Shown: positions 1-10,638 of the stretch, piece after piece
How positions within the stretch are numbered: position 1 is the first letter of the stretch
Layout: every line of letters begins with the position of its first letter
Assembly (NCBI GenBank): GCA_963806185.1
Contig: CAWDXE010000004.1
Location: 96,001-160,000, forward strand
Origin: an uncultured candidate division Zixibacteria bacterium
GTDB taxonomy: Bacteria; Zixibacteria; MSB-5A5; GN15; FEB-12
DNA length: 64,000 bases
Direction: 5' to 3'
Translations under genes and position numbers: made by a program
The notes under the pieces: model-generated
Seen by the model: only the letters and a program-made list of their open reading frames with translations
What the model was told of the DNA's origin: nothing
Databases searched by the model: none

Positions 1-1
1 A

Positions 2-223
2 TACGGCAAGCTCCCCGCCGGGCGACTGCTCGAGGAGATCGGTGCTAAACAGCTCCAGATCGGCGGGGCAAGGGTCTTTGAACGCCACGCCAATATCATC
101 GTCAATACCGGAAACGCTACCTCGGCCGATATTCGCCGCCTTGCCGACTTGATGAAACAGAAGGTATTTGATAAATTCGGCATAGTTCTCGAAGAAGAAG
201 TACAGCAACTTGGTCGATTCTAA
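2..223 (+). CDS. murB: UDP-N-acetylmuramate dehydrogenase, C-terminal part (runs off the window start)
   Basis: Frame 2 reads YGKLPAGRLLEEIGAKQLQIGGARVFERHANIIVNTGNATSADIRRLADLMKQKVFDKFGIVLEEEV, matching the MurB C-terminal motifs AGxLIE, GGA, HANxIVN and FGIxLExEV; TAA at 221-223. Confidence 0.88.
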   Translation, partial: YGKLPAGRLLEEIGAKQLQIGGARVFERHANIIVNTGNATSADIRRLADLMKQKVFDKFGIVLEEEVQQLGRF

Positions 224-284
224 GAAGGAGGATCCCTATCGATTCGTAGCTAAAGATTAAACAGGATTCGACAGCGTAGGCTTC

Positions 285-3200
285 GTGAACATTCGCTTTC
301 TAACTTTACGCGTCATCAGCATGCTGGCCCTGCTCTGGGTGTGGCCTGTTGGCGTATGTTATTCCGCCGGCATAGGCTTCCAGGCTCGCTTGACTGACCC
401 GCCTGCGGTCGTCTCCTTCTTTGATGCTCCCAATGATCGCTTCTCCGCGGCCATGTCTCCCCAGTCTTATCCGCGACTCTCTAATATCCTCAAATATCAG
501 CCGGAGTTGTACAGCACCAGTTTCGATCGCAGCGAATTCGGCTTCCGCGTCGCCTACTCGCCCAACAAGTATCTGGTCCCGATCGCCGTCGATGCCGACC
601 AGTTCATGAACTTTCGCCTCACCGCCTACGAGCGCGAACGCCGGGGCGATATCATGTCCAAATCACTCATCGCCGCCCAGCGCGAGAAAAGAAAGTCCGG
701 CCTCCAGATCGGTATCGGGCTACCCAAACGGCTCGACCGCATCTTTGGCGAGGGAGGCGGCAATCTTAAAGTGAGCGGCTACCGCCGTATCTCTTTCTCC
801 GGACGATCGCAGTGGAGCGACGCCGCCAATTCCGATCTGCTCCGCCAAAACAAATTCCCGACCCTGAATATGGAGCAAACCTCCCGTTTCGAAATTACCG
901 GCACTATCGGCTCCAAGATCTCCGTCAAGGTCGCTCAGGATAGTCAGACCGATATCCCGCTGGCCAACCGGATTCAGATCCGCTACAAGGGGGATGACGA
1001 CGACGTCCTCAAGACCATCGAGGCCGGCAATACGACGCTGTCGCTCTCCGGCGCTCGCTTTGTTGGCTACTCCAGCCGCATCCAGGGACTGTTCGGCCTG
1101 CGGGCCGAGGCACAGGTCGGCAATCTAAAACTGACCGCTATCGCCTCTCAGGAGAAAGGCTCCTCGGAGCGGGCAACCATCAACGCTGCGGGCGAAGAAA
1201 ATGCCAATATCATCCGCGATTACAACTACGTCGACGGACGCATTTTCGACCTCGGCTACCCGGCCGATTCGCTGGGCGGCGGAGCTTTGGCCGATTTCAA
1301 TCGCAAGGACTCGGTCGTGAAGTTGATCGTCTACGAAAAAGACACCCAGGACAGCGTCGCGAACCCCTATTGCCGAACGTCTATCGACCCCAACAACGAA
1401 TCGCTTTTCAACACCTACAAGGATGAAGGTCGGTTTCGCCTTGTTCCTCAGGACGCGTACGACATCTATCAGGACACCAGCCGCGGTATTCACGCCGTCT
1501 ACTTCCGCTCCGCTCGTACCTATGCTCTTGGCGCATGGTACGTCGTCCGAAAGTGGGATTCCACAACACTGTCATATGCCAGAACCTATGACACCGTCGG
1601 CGACCTGAATCCCAATGGTGCCTCCGATGCCGTACCCAAGAAGCTCAAACAACTGCGCGCTATCAATCCCATCCCCACGTCGCCGTCTTGGTGGCTCATG
1701 TGGCGCAACCTCTATTCTATCCCCAAGGATGCCCGCGTCGAGGACCTGAATATTGACGTCTACAGGGGTCTGGCGGGCAGCGAGGGCACGACCAACAGTG
1801 TCAACTATCAAACCGAGGGAGACACCCAGCGGAATTACCTCGAGATTTTCGGCCTCGATCAATACAATCGCTCCGATCTTCGCATCCCCGACCGGATTGT
1901 CGATGAACTGGACCAGGTCTATCGGCCCGATTGGGGGCTCATTATCTTTCCCAACCGCCTGCCCTTTGCTTCTGACACGACCTTTGCACTTGCCGGCGGG
2001 AACACGACGCCCGCATTGACCGAAAAGGTTCCGCTGATCTACAATGGCTCCTCATCAACGGCCAGAAGCGGCGCCAGTAAGTACTACGTACGCTATTCCA
2101 GCAGCTCCCGAAGCTCCATCATTCGCCTCAACCGGACAAACATCATCGAGGGATCGGAAAGAGTCACGCTCAACGGTACCCTGCTCACGAAGGACACCGA
2201 TTACCGTATCAGCTACGACCTCGGCCAGGTAACCATGCTGACCGATGCCGCCCTCGATCCGAACGCCGATATCAACGTCGAATTCGAATATGCTCCCTTC
2301 CTCAGCCTGCAGAAGAAAACCCTGCTCGGCATGCGTGCCGAATACGAATGGTCCAAGAATCTCCGGTTTGGCAGTACGATCCTCTACAAGTCCGACAAGG
2401 CACAGGAGCGCAAACCGCGCGTCGGCCAGGAAACGGCCACCGCCACCGTGCTCGATTTCGACATGAGCTTCAACCTCTATCCGAATTTCATCACTAAAGC
2501 ACTCAACGCCCTGCCGCTCATCAGCACGGAAACCCCCTCCTCGATCACCGTGGCGGCTGAAATTGCCCAGTCGCACCCCAATCCCAATATCGACGGCCGC
2601 GCCTTTGTCGACGATTTCGAATCCACCGTCGAAAATATGAGTCTCGGTAATTCCCGCACCCGCTGGACTATGTCGTCGATCCCGCGCCAGCTCAAGGCGT
2701 CCGGCAAACCCTATCAGCGCGGTGCTCTGCTCTGGCATAACCCGCCGCAAATCGCCTGGCAGGACGTGTATCGAAGTGAAAAGAAAGTCGGCGAAGGAAA
2801 CATTGCCTACCTGCGCATGATCTTCGTACCCCGCCCGACGAAAATCTCCCTCGACAGTACCGGCGGAACCGTCACCACCTCTACCAAATCGTGGGCTGGT
2901 GTAATGCAATATTTTGGCAACCGGGTTGACGAAAAGCGCGTCCGCCTGTTTGAGGTCCGACTCAACACCCCCAAGGGCGCCAAGGGCAGACTTCACTTTG
3001 ATTTCGGCCGCATCAACGAGGATATCAACGACAACGACAAAGCCGATACCGAGGACAAAGACTTCAATGGTGCCGCCACCGCCGAAGAAGATGTCGGCCT
3101 TGATGGTCTGCCCGACTCCCTGGAGACAGACCAACTGGGTCAGAAAAGAACTGCCGAAAATCCCGATCCGAGCGGCGACGATTGGTGGTACGACGGTTCG

Positions 3201-6200
3201 CCGACCACGAATCCGCCCGCGCCGGCCTCATTGCTGGGCGACCCGAATTACGTGTCGAGAGTGAATGATGTCAACAACCCCCTCCACTACGCCTGGATCA
3301 ACGGTACCGAGGGGAACCGGAGCGATCCCAGTGTCCAGGGATACCCTGACGAAGAACGCCTTACCAGCAGTCTTCAGCAGATCGACGCCTATTATTCATT
3401 CGAAGTCAATCTTGACACCTCGCGCTTCCTCGTGCCCAATTCCGATTTTAACGGCTGGCGTACGTACCAGATTCCGGTTCGCGATTCCGCGTCGATCGAC
3501 ACCACCGTCGTCTCCGATGCCAGTCTGAAACCGTCCTGGAGCGAGATCAGTCACGTCCGCGTCTGGTTCGAGGCGGATTCCACGGAGACCGACACCGTCT
3601 GGGTCGATATCGCCAACTGGGGATTTATTCAAACCAATTGGCAGGATTCGCTCATCGTCACTCCGGCCAACCGGCTCAATCTGACGCAGTCGGAATTTCA
3701 CGTCTCGTCCATCAGCGAGGACGAAAACGAAACCTTCCGCAATTCCAATCCACCCGGCGAGCAGTATGTCGACAAGTCCACCAATATCACCGAGCCCCGC
3801 CGTGCTCTGGCCATGGTCTATTCCGCGCTGAACCCCGGTGATACCGGCATGGTGGTCAAGGAACTGATTTCCGTGGAACAGTACTCCGGCTATCGGCGCA
3901 TGGAAATGTACGTCTACGGCTCACCCAACACGGCCACCGACTCGGTCATGATGTTCTTCCGGCTCGGCCGCGATTCGGTAAACTTCTACGAATTCCACAC
4001 GCGCCTCCATCCCGGCTGGGACACCCGCAACTACGTCAATATCGACTTCAACGAGATCACCGAGCTCAAGGACGCCGGGATCCGCGCGCTCGATTCGGGC
4101 GTGGCCACCAGCAGACTCGACACCTCCTCCGACAAGTACCGCGTCCGCGGCGCACCCAATATCAATCAGATCAAGTTCTTCGCCTGCGGCATCGTCAACA
4201 AAGACTCCCTGCCGATCACCACCGGCGAGGTATGGATCGACGAACAGCGGGTTACCGAGGTACGCAAGGACGTCGGCACGGCTGCCCGCGTCGATATCTC
4301 CAGCCGCCTGGCCGATATCGGGACAGTCAGCTTCAGCTACGAATCAACCGATCCGTATTTCCGCGGTCTTTCGGCGACAACTCGCGGCGGCTCGTCCAAT
4401 AACCTCGGCAGCGGCTCCAGCAACACGACGATGAGTTATGGCTTTACGACGTCGTTGGAGAAGTTCATCCCCAAGTCCTGGGGAGCTGCCCTGCCGATAA
4501 ACTATCGCTACACCAAAACCGAACAGAAACCGCTCCTCAGAACCGGTACCGATATCGTCCTGGCCGCCGACATCCGCGCAGCGGAGATGACAACGTCGAC
4601 TTCTCAAACCCTTTCTACCTCCGCCTCATTCAGTAAAAAGACCAGCAATCCGCTTTATTCGGTGCTGCTTAACCGACAGAGAACCTCGTTCTCCTACAGT
4701 CGCAGCCGGCGGACCTCCGTCCTTAATCCCAAATCATTCTCCGAGAATATCAGCGTTCGGAGCGATTATGAAATGGGTATCAAGAGCTTCCCGCGCCTGC
4801 CGATCTTCTTCTGGACGAAGTCCATTCCGTACCTCAATCGGACCAGCAAGTCGACCCTTGGCCTCTATCCCGACCAATGGCACTGGAACGCCAACTTCAG
4901 CCGCACTATCTCGATTTCGGAAAACAAGGACAAGAGCCTTTCCACCTCTCTGCGTCGTGATTTTGACGGCAGTATGAACCTCTCCCAGAAGGTCTTCGAG
5001 AATCTTCAGACCGGATTCAGTTACTCGACCCGTCGCGATCTTACTGACCCCGATCTCGTCAGTCTCAGTTTCAAGGATTTCAAACTCGGCCTGGAGACGA
5101 ATTTCAGCCAGTCCTTCCGAGGTACCTGGGACCCCAAACTGCTGAATTGGTTTACCACCTCGCTGTCCTACAACGGCAGCTACAGCGACGTGTGGGATCG
5201 CTCCACCAAGACGCGCCGTTCCGACATGCAGCGCAGTTGGTCCGTCAGCGGCCAGTTCCGCCATCTCGGCTTGCTCGGAGGGGATCGCAAATCCTCTTCG
5301 AATACCGGCATGCGGCCGGCTCCGGTGCCCGCCGCCAAAGCGAAAGATGCCCCGCCCAAGCCCGGTGAGCCTGAGGCTAAACCGGAAAAGCCAAAACCGA
5401 AACCGAAACCAAGCGGTCCGCCGTTCTACGATCCGCCGCTCAAAGTGATGCGCTGGGCAACCGGATGGGTCAACCCGTTTACCTACAAATACAACCGCGC
5501 GTTCACCAATTCCGTCCCCGGCCTGCTCGAACGCCCGTCCATGATGTACCGCCTCGGTTTCCGCGATGACCCAAACGTTCTGCGCGGCGGCGAAAATCGA
5601 TCGCCCAACTCCGGCGAGTCTTTCGGCTACGAGCTTGGCTCCGGATTCAAATTCCTCGGCGGATTCATTACCGACGTCAAATATCGTCACGACGTCACCC
5701 GCGATCTCATCGTCGTTGGTACCCGCTCGGAACAACGATCCACCTCCTGGCCGGACCTTGCCATCCGCATCCAGCAGTTTACCTCACTGCCCCTGTTCAG
5801 GAAGCAGATTAACGGCTTCATCCGCGTCTTTTCGCCGCGCACCGGGTATAGCCGACAGGTGAAAGAGGATGTCAACTTGGAAACCGCCTACTTTTCCACG
5901 CGCAGCGAGTCGATCAATCGCAATCCGCTGCTCGGGCTCAATTTCATCCTCGCCCGGAATCTCTCCATGTCCGGGTCGTATAGCCTGCAGAAAACCGTCA
6001 ACGAGAAGTACAATTACTCAACGGGTGGGCTCGAGACGGAGACCCGGACGACCAACAAGACGATTGCCGCCACTGCCAAATACTCCTTCTCCGCACCGGG
6101 CGGCATCTCCATTCCTCTCTTCGGCAAAATGCGCTTCACGTCTACGATGTCGATTGATGTTGCCGTGCGATACAACCTCAGCAAGAGCGACAGTCGCACC

Positions 6201-6386
6201 GGCGCCGGTGCCTGGGCGTTGGTCAATGATAAGTCCGACTTATCCATCGCTCCGGTGATCTCATACGTCTTCAGTCAGCAGATTACCGGCGGCCTCACCG
6301 CTCGTTGGCAGGATTCCAACGACAACAAGATCGACAAGAAAAATCACGTCCGCGAACTCCAGATTTGGACTGAAATCAAATTCTGA
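285..6386 (+). CDS. sprA: SprA/Sov family large outer-membrane beta-barrel (type IX secretion translocon homologue)
   Basis: 2033 aa with signal peptide; SprA-like motifs IEAGNTTLSL, IQGLFGLRAEAQVGNLKLTAIASQEKG, GSERVTLNGTLL, DYRISYDLGQVT, KTLLGMRAEY, EDVGLDG, GTEGN, FFRLG, GEVWIDE; ends in an aromatic residue (EIKF). Confidence 0.88.
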   Translation: MNIRFLTLRVISMLALLWVWPVGVCYSAGIGFQARLTDPPAVVSFFDAPNDRFSAAMSPQSYPRLSNILKYQPELYSTSFDRSEFGFRVAYSPNKYLVPIAVDADQFMNFRLTAYERERRGDIMSKSLIAAQREKRKSGLQIGIGLPKRLDRIFGEGGGNLKVSGYRRISFSGRSQWSDAANSDLLRQNKFPTLNMEQTSRFEITGTIGSKISVKVAQDSQTDIPLANRIQIRYKGDDDDVLKTIEAGNTTLSLSGARFVGYSSRIQGLFGLRAEAQVGNLKLTAIASQEKGSSERATINAAGEENANIIRDYNYVDGRIFDLGYPADSLGGGALADFNRKDSVVKLIVYEKDTQDSVANPYCRTSIDPNNESLFNTYKDEGRFRLVPQDAYDIYQDTSRGIHAVYFRSARTYALGAWYVVRKWDSTTLSYARTYDTVGDLNPNGASDAVPKKLKQLRAINPIPTSPSWWLMWRNLYSIPKDARVEDLNIDVYRGLAGSEGTTNSVNYQTEGDTQRNYLEIFGLDQYNRSDLRIPDRIVDELDQVYRPDWGLIIFPNRLPFASDTTFALAGGNTTPALTEKVPLIYNGSSSTARSGASKYYVRYSSSSRSSIIRLNRTNIIEGSERVTLNGTLLTKDTDYRISYDLGQVTMLTDAALDPNADINVEFEYAPFLSLQKKTLLGMRAEYEWSKNLRFGSTILYKSDKAQERKPRVGQETATATVLDFDMSFNLYPNFITKALNALPLISTETPSSITVAAEIAQSHPNPNIDGRAFVDDFESTVENMSLGNSRTRWTMSSIPRQLKASGKPYQRGALLWHNPPQIAWQDVYRSEKKVGEGNIAYLRMIFVPRPTKISLDSTGGTVTTSTKSWAGVMQYFGNRVDEKRVRLFEVRLNTPKGAKGRLHFDFGRINEDINDNDKADTEDKDFNGAATAEEDVGLDGLPDSLETDQLGQKRTAENPDPSGDDWWYDGSPTTNPPAPASLLGDPNYVSRVNDVNNPLHYAWINGTEGNRSDPSVQGYPDEERLTSSLQQIDAYYSFEVNLDTSRFLVPNSDFNGWRTYQIPVRDSASIDTTVVSDASLKPSWSEISHVRVWFEADSTETDTVWVDIANWGFIQTNWQDSLIVTPANRLNLTQSEFHVSSISEDENETFRNSNPPGEQYVDKSTNITEPRRALAMVYSALNPGDTGMVVKELISVEQYSGYRRMEMYVYGSPNTATDSVMMFFRLGRDSVNFYEFHTRLHPGWDTRNYVNIDFNEITELKDAGIRALDSGVATSRLDTSSDKYRVRGAPNINQIKFFACGIVNKDSLPITTGEVWIDEQRVTEVRKDVGTAARVDISSRLADIGTVSFSYESTDPYFRGLSATTRGGSSNNLGSGSSNTTMSYGFTTSLEKFIPKSWGAALPINYRYTKTEQKPLLRTGTDIVLAADIRAAEMTTSTSQTLSTSASFSKKTSNPLYSVLLNRQRTSFSYSRSRRTSVLNPKSFSENISVRSDYEMGIKSFPRLPIFFWTKSIPYLNRTSKSTLGLYPDQWHWNANFSRTISISENKDKSLSTSLRRDFDGSMNLSQKVFENLQTGFSYSTRRDLTDPDLVSLSFKDFKLGLETNFSQSFRGTWDPKLLNWFTTSLSYNGSYSDVWDRSTKTRRSDMQRSWSVSGQFRHLGLLGGDRKSSSNTGMRPAPVPAAKAKDAPPKPGEPEAKPEKPKPKPKPSGPPFYDPPLKVMRWATGWVNPFTYKYNRAFTNSVPGLLERPSMMYRLGFRDDPNVLRGGENRSPNSGESFGYELGSGFKFLGGFITDVKYRHDVTRDLIVVGTRSEQRSTSWPDLAIRIQQFTSLPLFRKQINGFIRVFSPRTGYSRQVKEDVNLETAYFSTRSESINRNPLLGLNFILARNLSMSGSYSLQKTVNEKYNYSTGGLETETRTTNKTIAATAKYSFSAPGGISIPLFGKMRFTSTMSIDVAVRYNLSKSDSRTGAGAWALVNDKSDLSIAPVISYVFSQQITGGLTARWQDSNDNKIDKKNHVRELQIWTEIKF

Positions 6387-6402
6387 TCAAGTCGCTTTTC
6401 GG

Positions 6403-6432
6403 TTGACACGTTCCTCGCGACACGGCTAATTT
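6403..6432 (+). promoter_or_regulatory. sigma70-like promoter; probable leaderless transcript of the M28-selA-selB operon
   Basis: TTGACA (6403-6408), 18 nt, TAATTT (6427-6432); ATG follows 5 nt later with no Shine-Dalgarno. Confidence 0.5.
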
Positions 6433-6437
6433 CAAAC

Positions 6438-7367
6438 ATGCTTCGTTCAGTTTGGTCGCTGTTGTGCCTCACCCTGCTTGTCAACGGGTGTGCCACCAGC
6501 GAAGTACAGCCTCCGCCTTTCGACGGCGCCAAAGCTTTTTCTTACCTGGAAAAGCAGGTTGCCTTCGGCCCCCGCGTTCCGGGCACTGCCGCCTGGCGTG
6601 ATTGCCGTCAATACTTCTACGACCACTTTTCCGCTCAGGGACTGGCGATCGATTCGCAAAGCTTCACGTTTTCCGATCCGTATTCGAAAACCGAAGTCCC
6701 TCTGGTCAATGTGATCGCCCGATTCCGTGGCGGCGCCGCCACCGACCTTCCCATCCTCCTCGTGGCCCACTGGGACTGTCGCCCGCGCGGCGAACAGTCG
6801 GCCGCCCTCGCCCATCGCGACAGCCCGATTCCGGGTGCCAACGACGGCGCCTCCGGATGCGCCGTGCTCATGGAACTCGCCACCCTCTGCAAACTGCAGC
6901 CGCCTCACAGCAATATCGATTTCGTCCTGGTCGACGGTGAGGATTGGGGGAAGAGCGGTGACATCGACTACTATTTACTTGGGTCAAAACACTTCGCATC
7001 AAAGGGGCTTCACGGCCAGTATCGTTTCGGGATCGTCCTCGATATGGTCGGCGATGCTCGCCAGGAAATCTACCGCGAGGTTTACTCCGAGCGTTTTAAC
7101 CCGCACCTCAATCAGATGGTCTGGGAAACCGCTGCCCGGCTCGGCATCCCAACCTTCGTCGATTCCGTTCGCCACGAAGTGATTGATGATCACCTTTCGC
7201 TCAACGTCGGTGGCGTGCCTGCCATTGACATTATCGATTTTGACTATCCCCATTGGCACACCGATATGGATATCCCGGCCAACTGCTCGGCGCCATCACT
7301 GGAAAACGTTGGGCGGGTCATCGCCCACATCATGTACAACCCAGCATTATGGCCGAAAAACAAATAA
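6438..7367 (+). CDS. M28 family lipoprotein, glutaminyl cyclase-like
   Basis: Lipobox LLVNGC; motifs FGPRVPG, AHWD, GANDGASG, DGEDWG, LDMVG, DDH, WHT. Confidence 0.85.
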   Translation: MLRSVWSLLCLTLLVNGCATSEVQPPPFDGAKAFSYLEKQVAFGPRVPGTAAWRDCRQYFYDHFSAQGLAIDSQSFTFSDPYSKTEVPLVNVIARFRGGAATDLPILLVAHWDCRPRGEQSAALAHRDSPIPGANDGASGCAVLMELATLCKLQPPHSNIDFVLVDGEDWGKSGDIDYYLLGSKHFASKGLHGQYRFGIVLDMVGDARQEIYREVYSERFNPHLNQMVWETAARLGIPTFVDSVRHEVIDDHLSLNVGGVPAIDIIDFDYPHWHTDMDIPANCSAPSLENVGRVIAHIMYNPALWPKNK

Positions 7368-8722
7368 CATCACCGCGCGATTTCCCCGCCGTCGAGGAAT
7401 TATTGCAGGCGCCGGCCCTGACGGAAAACGTCCGCCTGCCCCGGCCGATCGTCGCCCGGATAATTCGCGACACCGTCAATCGGGCGAAGGACGATATCAA
7501 GGCCGGAAAGTCGCTCACGATCGAGCGATTGCAATCCGTCATTCGCCGTGAGATAGACGATGCCCAGCGCTCGATGATCACGCGCGTCATCAACGCCACC
7601 GGCATCGTCGTGCACACCAATCTCGGCCGCTCGCCGCTCACGACGAGTCTCTTTGACAGCATCCGCGATGCCGTTTCCGGCTACTGCAATATTGAATTCA
7701 ATCTGGCGTCCGGCCAGCGAGGGAGCCGGGGAGAGGCCTGCGAGGAGTTTCTGGCAAAGCTCGCCGACGCCGAAGCCGGTACCGTGGTCAATAACTGTGC
7801 CGCCGCCCTCTTCATCTCGTTGTGCGCTCTTGCCAAAGGAAAATATGTCATCATTTCGCGAGGAGAACTCGTGCAGATCGGCGGCGGCTTTCGCATACCC
7901 GATATTCTGCGCGCCTCCGGCGCCAGACTGCGTGAGATTGGCACCACCAACATCACGACTCTCAAGGATTATCGCGATGCTGTCGATGACAAAGTGGCCC
8001 TCATCCTGCGAGTGCACAAAAGCAACTTCGTCCAGGCCGGCTTCACCGAAGATGTCTCGCTCAAAGTTTTGGTCGCCCTCGGCCGGGAGCACAACATCCC
8101 CGTCCTCAACGACCTCGGCAGCGGCGTTTTTGTCTCCACCCAACCGCTTCTTGGTTACAACGAGCCGACGGTTGAACAATCGGTGCGAGCCGGGGCCGAC
8201 CTCACCTGCTTCTCCGGCGACAAACTACTTGGCGGCGTTCAGGGTGGACTGATTGTCGGTCGCAAAGACCTCGTCCTGCGAATTAAGAAACACCCGCTCT
8301 TCCGCACGGTCCGAGTTGACAAGATTGTTCTCGCCGCGTTTGAACGCCTCCTCGCATCCTATCTGGACGGCACTCACGAAACCGAAGTCAGGCTCTGGTC
8401 GAACCTGGCTGTTCCCTTCGAGGAACTGGAACGCCGCGCTACAGCCATCGTCGCATCGCTGGGGAAACCGGACGATATAGCCGTTGTCCCGCTCTCCGGT
8501 TATGTCGGCGGCGGCGCCCTGCCCGAAATTCCCGTGCCGTCGTGCGGACTTCGCTTGACCTCGCGCATCAAAGCAGAGACAGCCCTGCGCCTTCTTCGCG
8601 AAGGGAGCGTACCCATCATCGCCCGCATCGAAGACGATGCCTTGATTCTGGATCTGCGGACTGTTGACCCTGCCGACGATACGGGTGTTACGCAGGCGCT
8701 GCAACAAGTGATGCGCTCGTAA
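7349..8722 (+). CDS. selA: L-seryl-tRNA(Sec) selenium transferase
   Basis: RVINATGIVVHTNLGRSP, VNNCAAAL, SRGELVQIGGGFRIPD, EIGTTN, FSGDKLLGG; start moved to ATG 7349. Confidence 0.95.
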   Translation: MAEKQITSPRDFPAVEELLQAPALTENVRLPRPIVARIIRDTVNRAKDDIKAGKSLTIERLQSVIRREIDDAQRSMITRVINATGIVVHTNLGRSPLTTSLFDSIRDAVSGYCNIEFNLASGQRGSRGEACEEFLAKLADAEAGTVVNNCAAALFISLCALAKGKYVIISRGELVQIGGGFRIPDILRASGARLREIGTTNITTLKDYRDAVDDKVALILRVHKSNFVQAGFTEDVSLKVLVALGREHNIPVLNDLGSGVFVSTQPLLGYNEPTVEQSVRAGADLTCFSGDKLLGGVQGGLIVGRKDLVLRIKKHPLFRTVRVDKIVLAAFERLLASYLDGTHETEVRLWSNLAVPFEELERRATAIVASLGKPDDIAVVPLSGYVGGGALPEIPVPSCGLRLTSRIKAETALRLLREGSVPIIARIEDDALILDLRTVDPADDTGVTQALQQVMRS

Positions 8723-8736
8723 GGAAGGATGGCGCG

Positions 8737-10638
8737 ATGATCGTCATCGGCACAGCCGGCCATATCGATCACGGCAAATCTTCGATCGTCAAACGCCTCA
8801 CCGGCACCGACCCGGATCGCCTCCCCGAGGAACAAGCGCGCGGCATGACCATTGACCTCGGCTTCGCCTTCTACCATACGCCGGACAACAGCACGATTGC
8901 TTTTGTCGACGTTCCTGGTCACGAGCGCTTCGTGAAAAATATGATTGCCGGCGCCGGAGGTATCGATGCCGTTATGCTCGTCGTCGCTGCGGACGATGGC
9001 TGGATGCCCCAGACTCAAGAGCATTTCCAGATCACCCGACTGCTCGGCATTCGCCACGGCTTCATCGTCATTAATAAGTCAGACTTGGCCGAACCCGACT
9101 GGCTCGAGTTGCTGGAACAGGAGTTGCACTCCCGCGTCGACGGGACATTCCTCGCCGACGCGCCCATATTTCGCGTGTCGTCGCAGACCGGCGAAGGCTT
9201 CGACAAACTCTCCGCTTATCTCAATGCGCTTCCCAACGCCATCACCGCCCGACGCGACATCGGCAAGGCCCGCCTTTATATCGATCGCTCCTTCGTGCGA
9301 CAGGGAATAGGCGGAGTGGTCACTGGGACTCTGCGAGGGGGCACCTTGTCAGCGGGCCAGTCAGTCGGCGTCTGGCCCTCCGGACGTACTGCAAAAATCC
9401 GCTCCCTGCACTCAGCCAATCAGCAGGTCGACACTGCCACCCCCGGCCAGCGCACAGCCGTTGCACTCACCGGCATCGACAAGGAACACCTTGTCCGTGG
9501 CGGCGTCATCTCAGCTCGAGAAGACCTCTCCTATTTCCAGCATCACCCGGTGCTGGCGCTTTCGGTTGAAATGCTCCACGACGCCGCCGTTCCGCTCGAT
9601 GATCGCCGGCGTGTTTTGCTTATCGTCGGCACTACCGAAGCTGAGGGCGAAATCCGCATTTTCGATGACGATCGGATTGCCCCCGGCAAACAGGGCCTCG
9701 CCTGGTTTCGACCTGATCTGCCGGTCTACACGTTGGTCGGCGATCACGGTATCCTCCGCCTTCCCACCCCCATGCTCACCCTTGGTGGCGCTATCGTGCT
9801 CGATCACCTCGCCCGCTTTCCCAGGCGCTCAGAACTGACGAACTGCGCCCATTTGAAAGAGCGTTCCGATCCGGCTCCTCGTACCCTCATCCTCTCCGAA
9901 CTTCACAAACTGATCATGGCCCCGCTCGATACTCTATTACTGAATGCGGATATCGCCTATCGTGACGTTTCTGATGAAATTGAATCCTTGATTGCCGCCG
10001 GAAATGTTGCCCGCTTCGAAAACTTCGTGTATGACAAGAATCGTGTCGCCGTTGTCGCACAGCAGCTCACTGACGCCGTCGCCGCCTACTTGAAGGACCA
10101 CCCCCACGAAAAAGGAGTTTCGCTCGAAACGACTGCAACCGTGACGGGGCATGATCGTCCTCTGGTACAGACCATTGTCAATCACCTGCTCGCCGAGGGG
10201 AGGATTGTCCTCGTGGGCGACGTGTACAATCTCGCCGGCCGCAATATGAGTCTCAAGGGCATCGTAAAAGAGGCCCACGACAAAATCATGCGCGAACTGA
10301 CCTCTTCACCCTCTGCACCGCCATCGCTCGAGTCGCTCGCCGTCGGCAAAATCAACCAGCAGGCCATTAAATTCATTCTCGATACTGGCGAGGGACACAA
10401 AATCGGCAGCGAATTCATCCTTCTCGCCACTGTCTGGAATGATGTCGTCACGTTCGTTCGCGAACGCATCGCCGCCGCCGGTAAGCTGCTGGTGGCCGAT
10501 CTTCGCGACCGCTTTGGCTTCAGCCGCAAATTCGCCATTCCCATCCTTGAAGAGACCGACCGGCTTAAACTGACTCGCCGCGAGGGCGACATCCGCGTCA
10601 AAGGAGAATTATTCGATGAACCGCCTTCTGCTCTATAA
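8737..10638 (+). CDS. selB: selenocysteine-specific elongation factor
   Basis: GTAGHIDHGKS, RGMTIDLGFA, DVPGHERFVKNM, NKSD, C-terminal winged-helix SRKFAIPILE; adjacent to selA. Confidence 0.95.
   Translation: MIVIGTAGHIDHGKSSIVKRLTGTDPDRLPEEQARGMTIDLGFAFYHTPDNSTIAFVDVPGHERFVKNMIAGAGGIDAVMLVVAADDGWMPQTQEHFQITRLLGIRHGFIVINKSDLAEPDWLELLEQELHSRVDGTFLADAPIFRVSSQTGEGFDKLSAYLNALPNAITARRDIGKARLYIDRSFVRQGIGGVVTGTLRGGTLSAGQSVGVWPSGRTAKIRSLHSANQQVDTATPGQRTAVALTGIDKEHLVRGGVISAREDLSYFQHHPVLALSVEMLHDAAVPLDDRRRVLLIVGTTEAEGEIRIFDDDRIAPGKQGLAWFRPDLPVYTLVGDHGILRLPTPMLTLGGAIVLDHLARFPRRSELTNCAHLKERSDPAPRTLILSELHKLIMAPLDTLLLNADIAYRDVSDEIESLIAAGNVARFENFVYDKNRVAVVAQQLTDAVAAYLKDHPHEKGVSLETTATVTGHDRPLVQTIVNHLLAEGRIVLVGDVYNLAGRNMSLKGIVKEAHDKIMRELTSSPSAPPSLESLAVGKINQQAIKFILDTGEGHKIGSEFILLATVWNDVVTFVRERIAAAGKLLVADLRDRFGFSRKFAIPILEETDRLKLTRREGDIRVKGELFDEPPSAL

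Noticed and set aside
7349..10638. selC tRNA, selD or a selenoprotein gene near selAB
   Set aside because: No tRNA-like sequence in the short gaps, and I found no in-frame TGA interrupting any recognised gene
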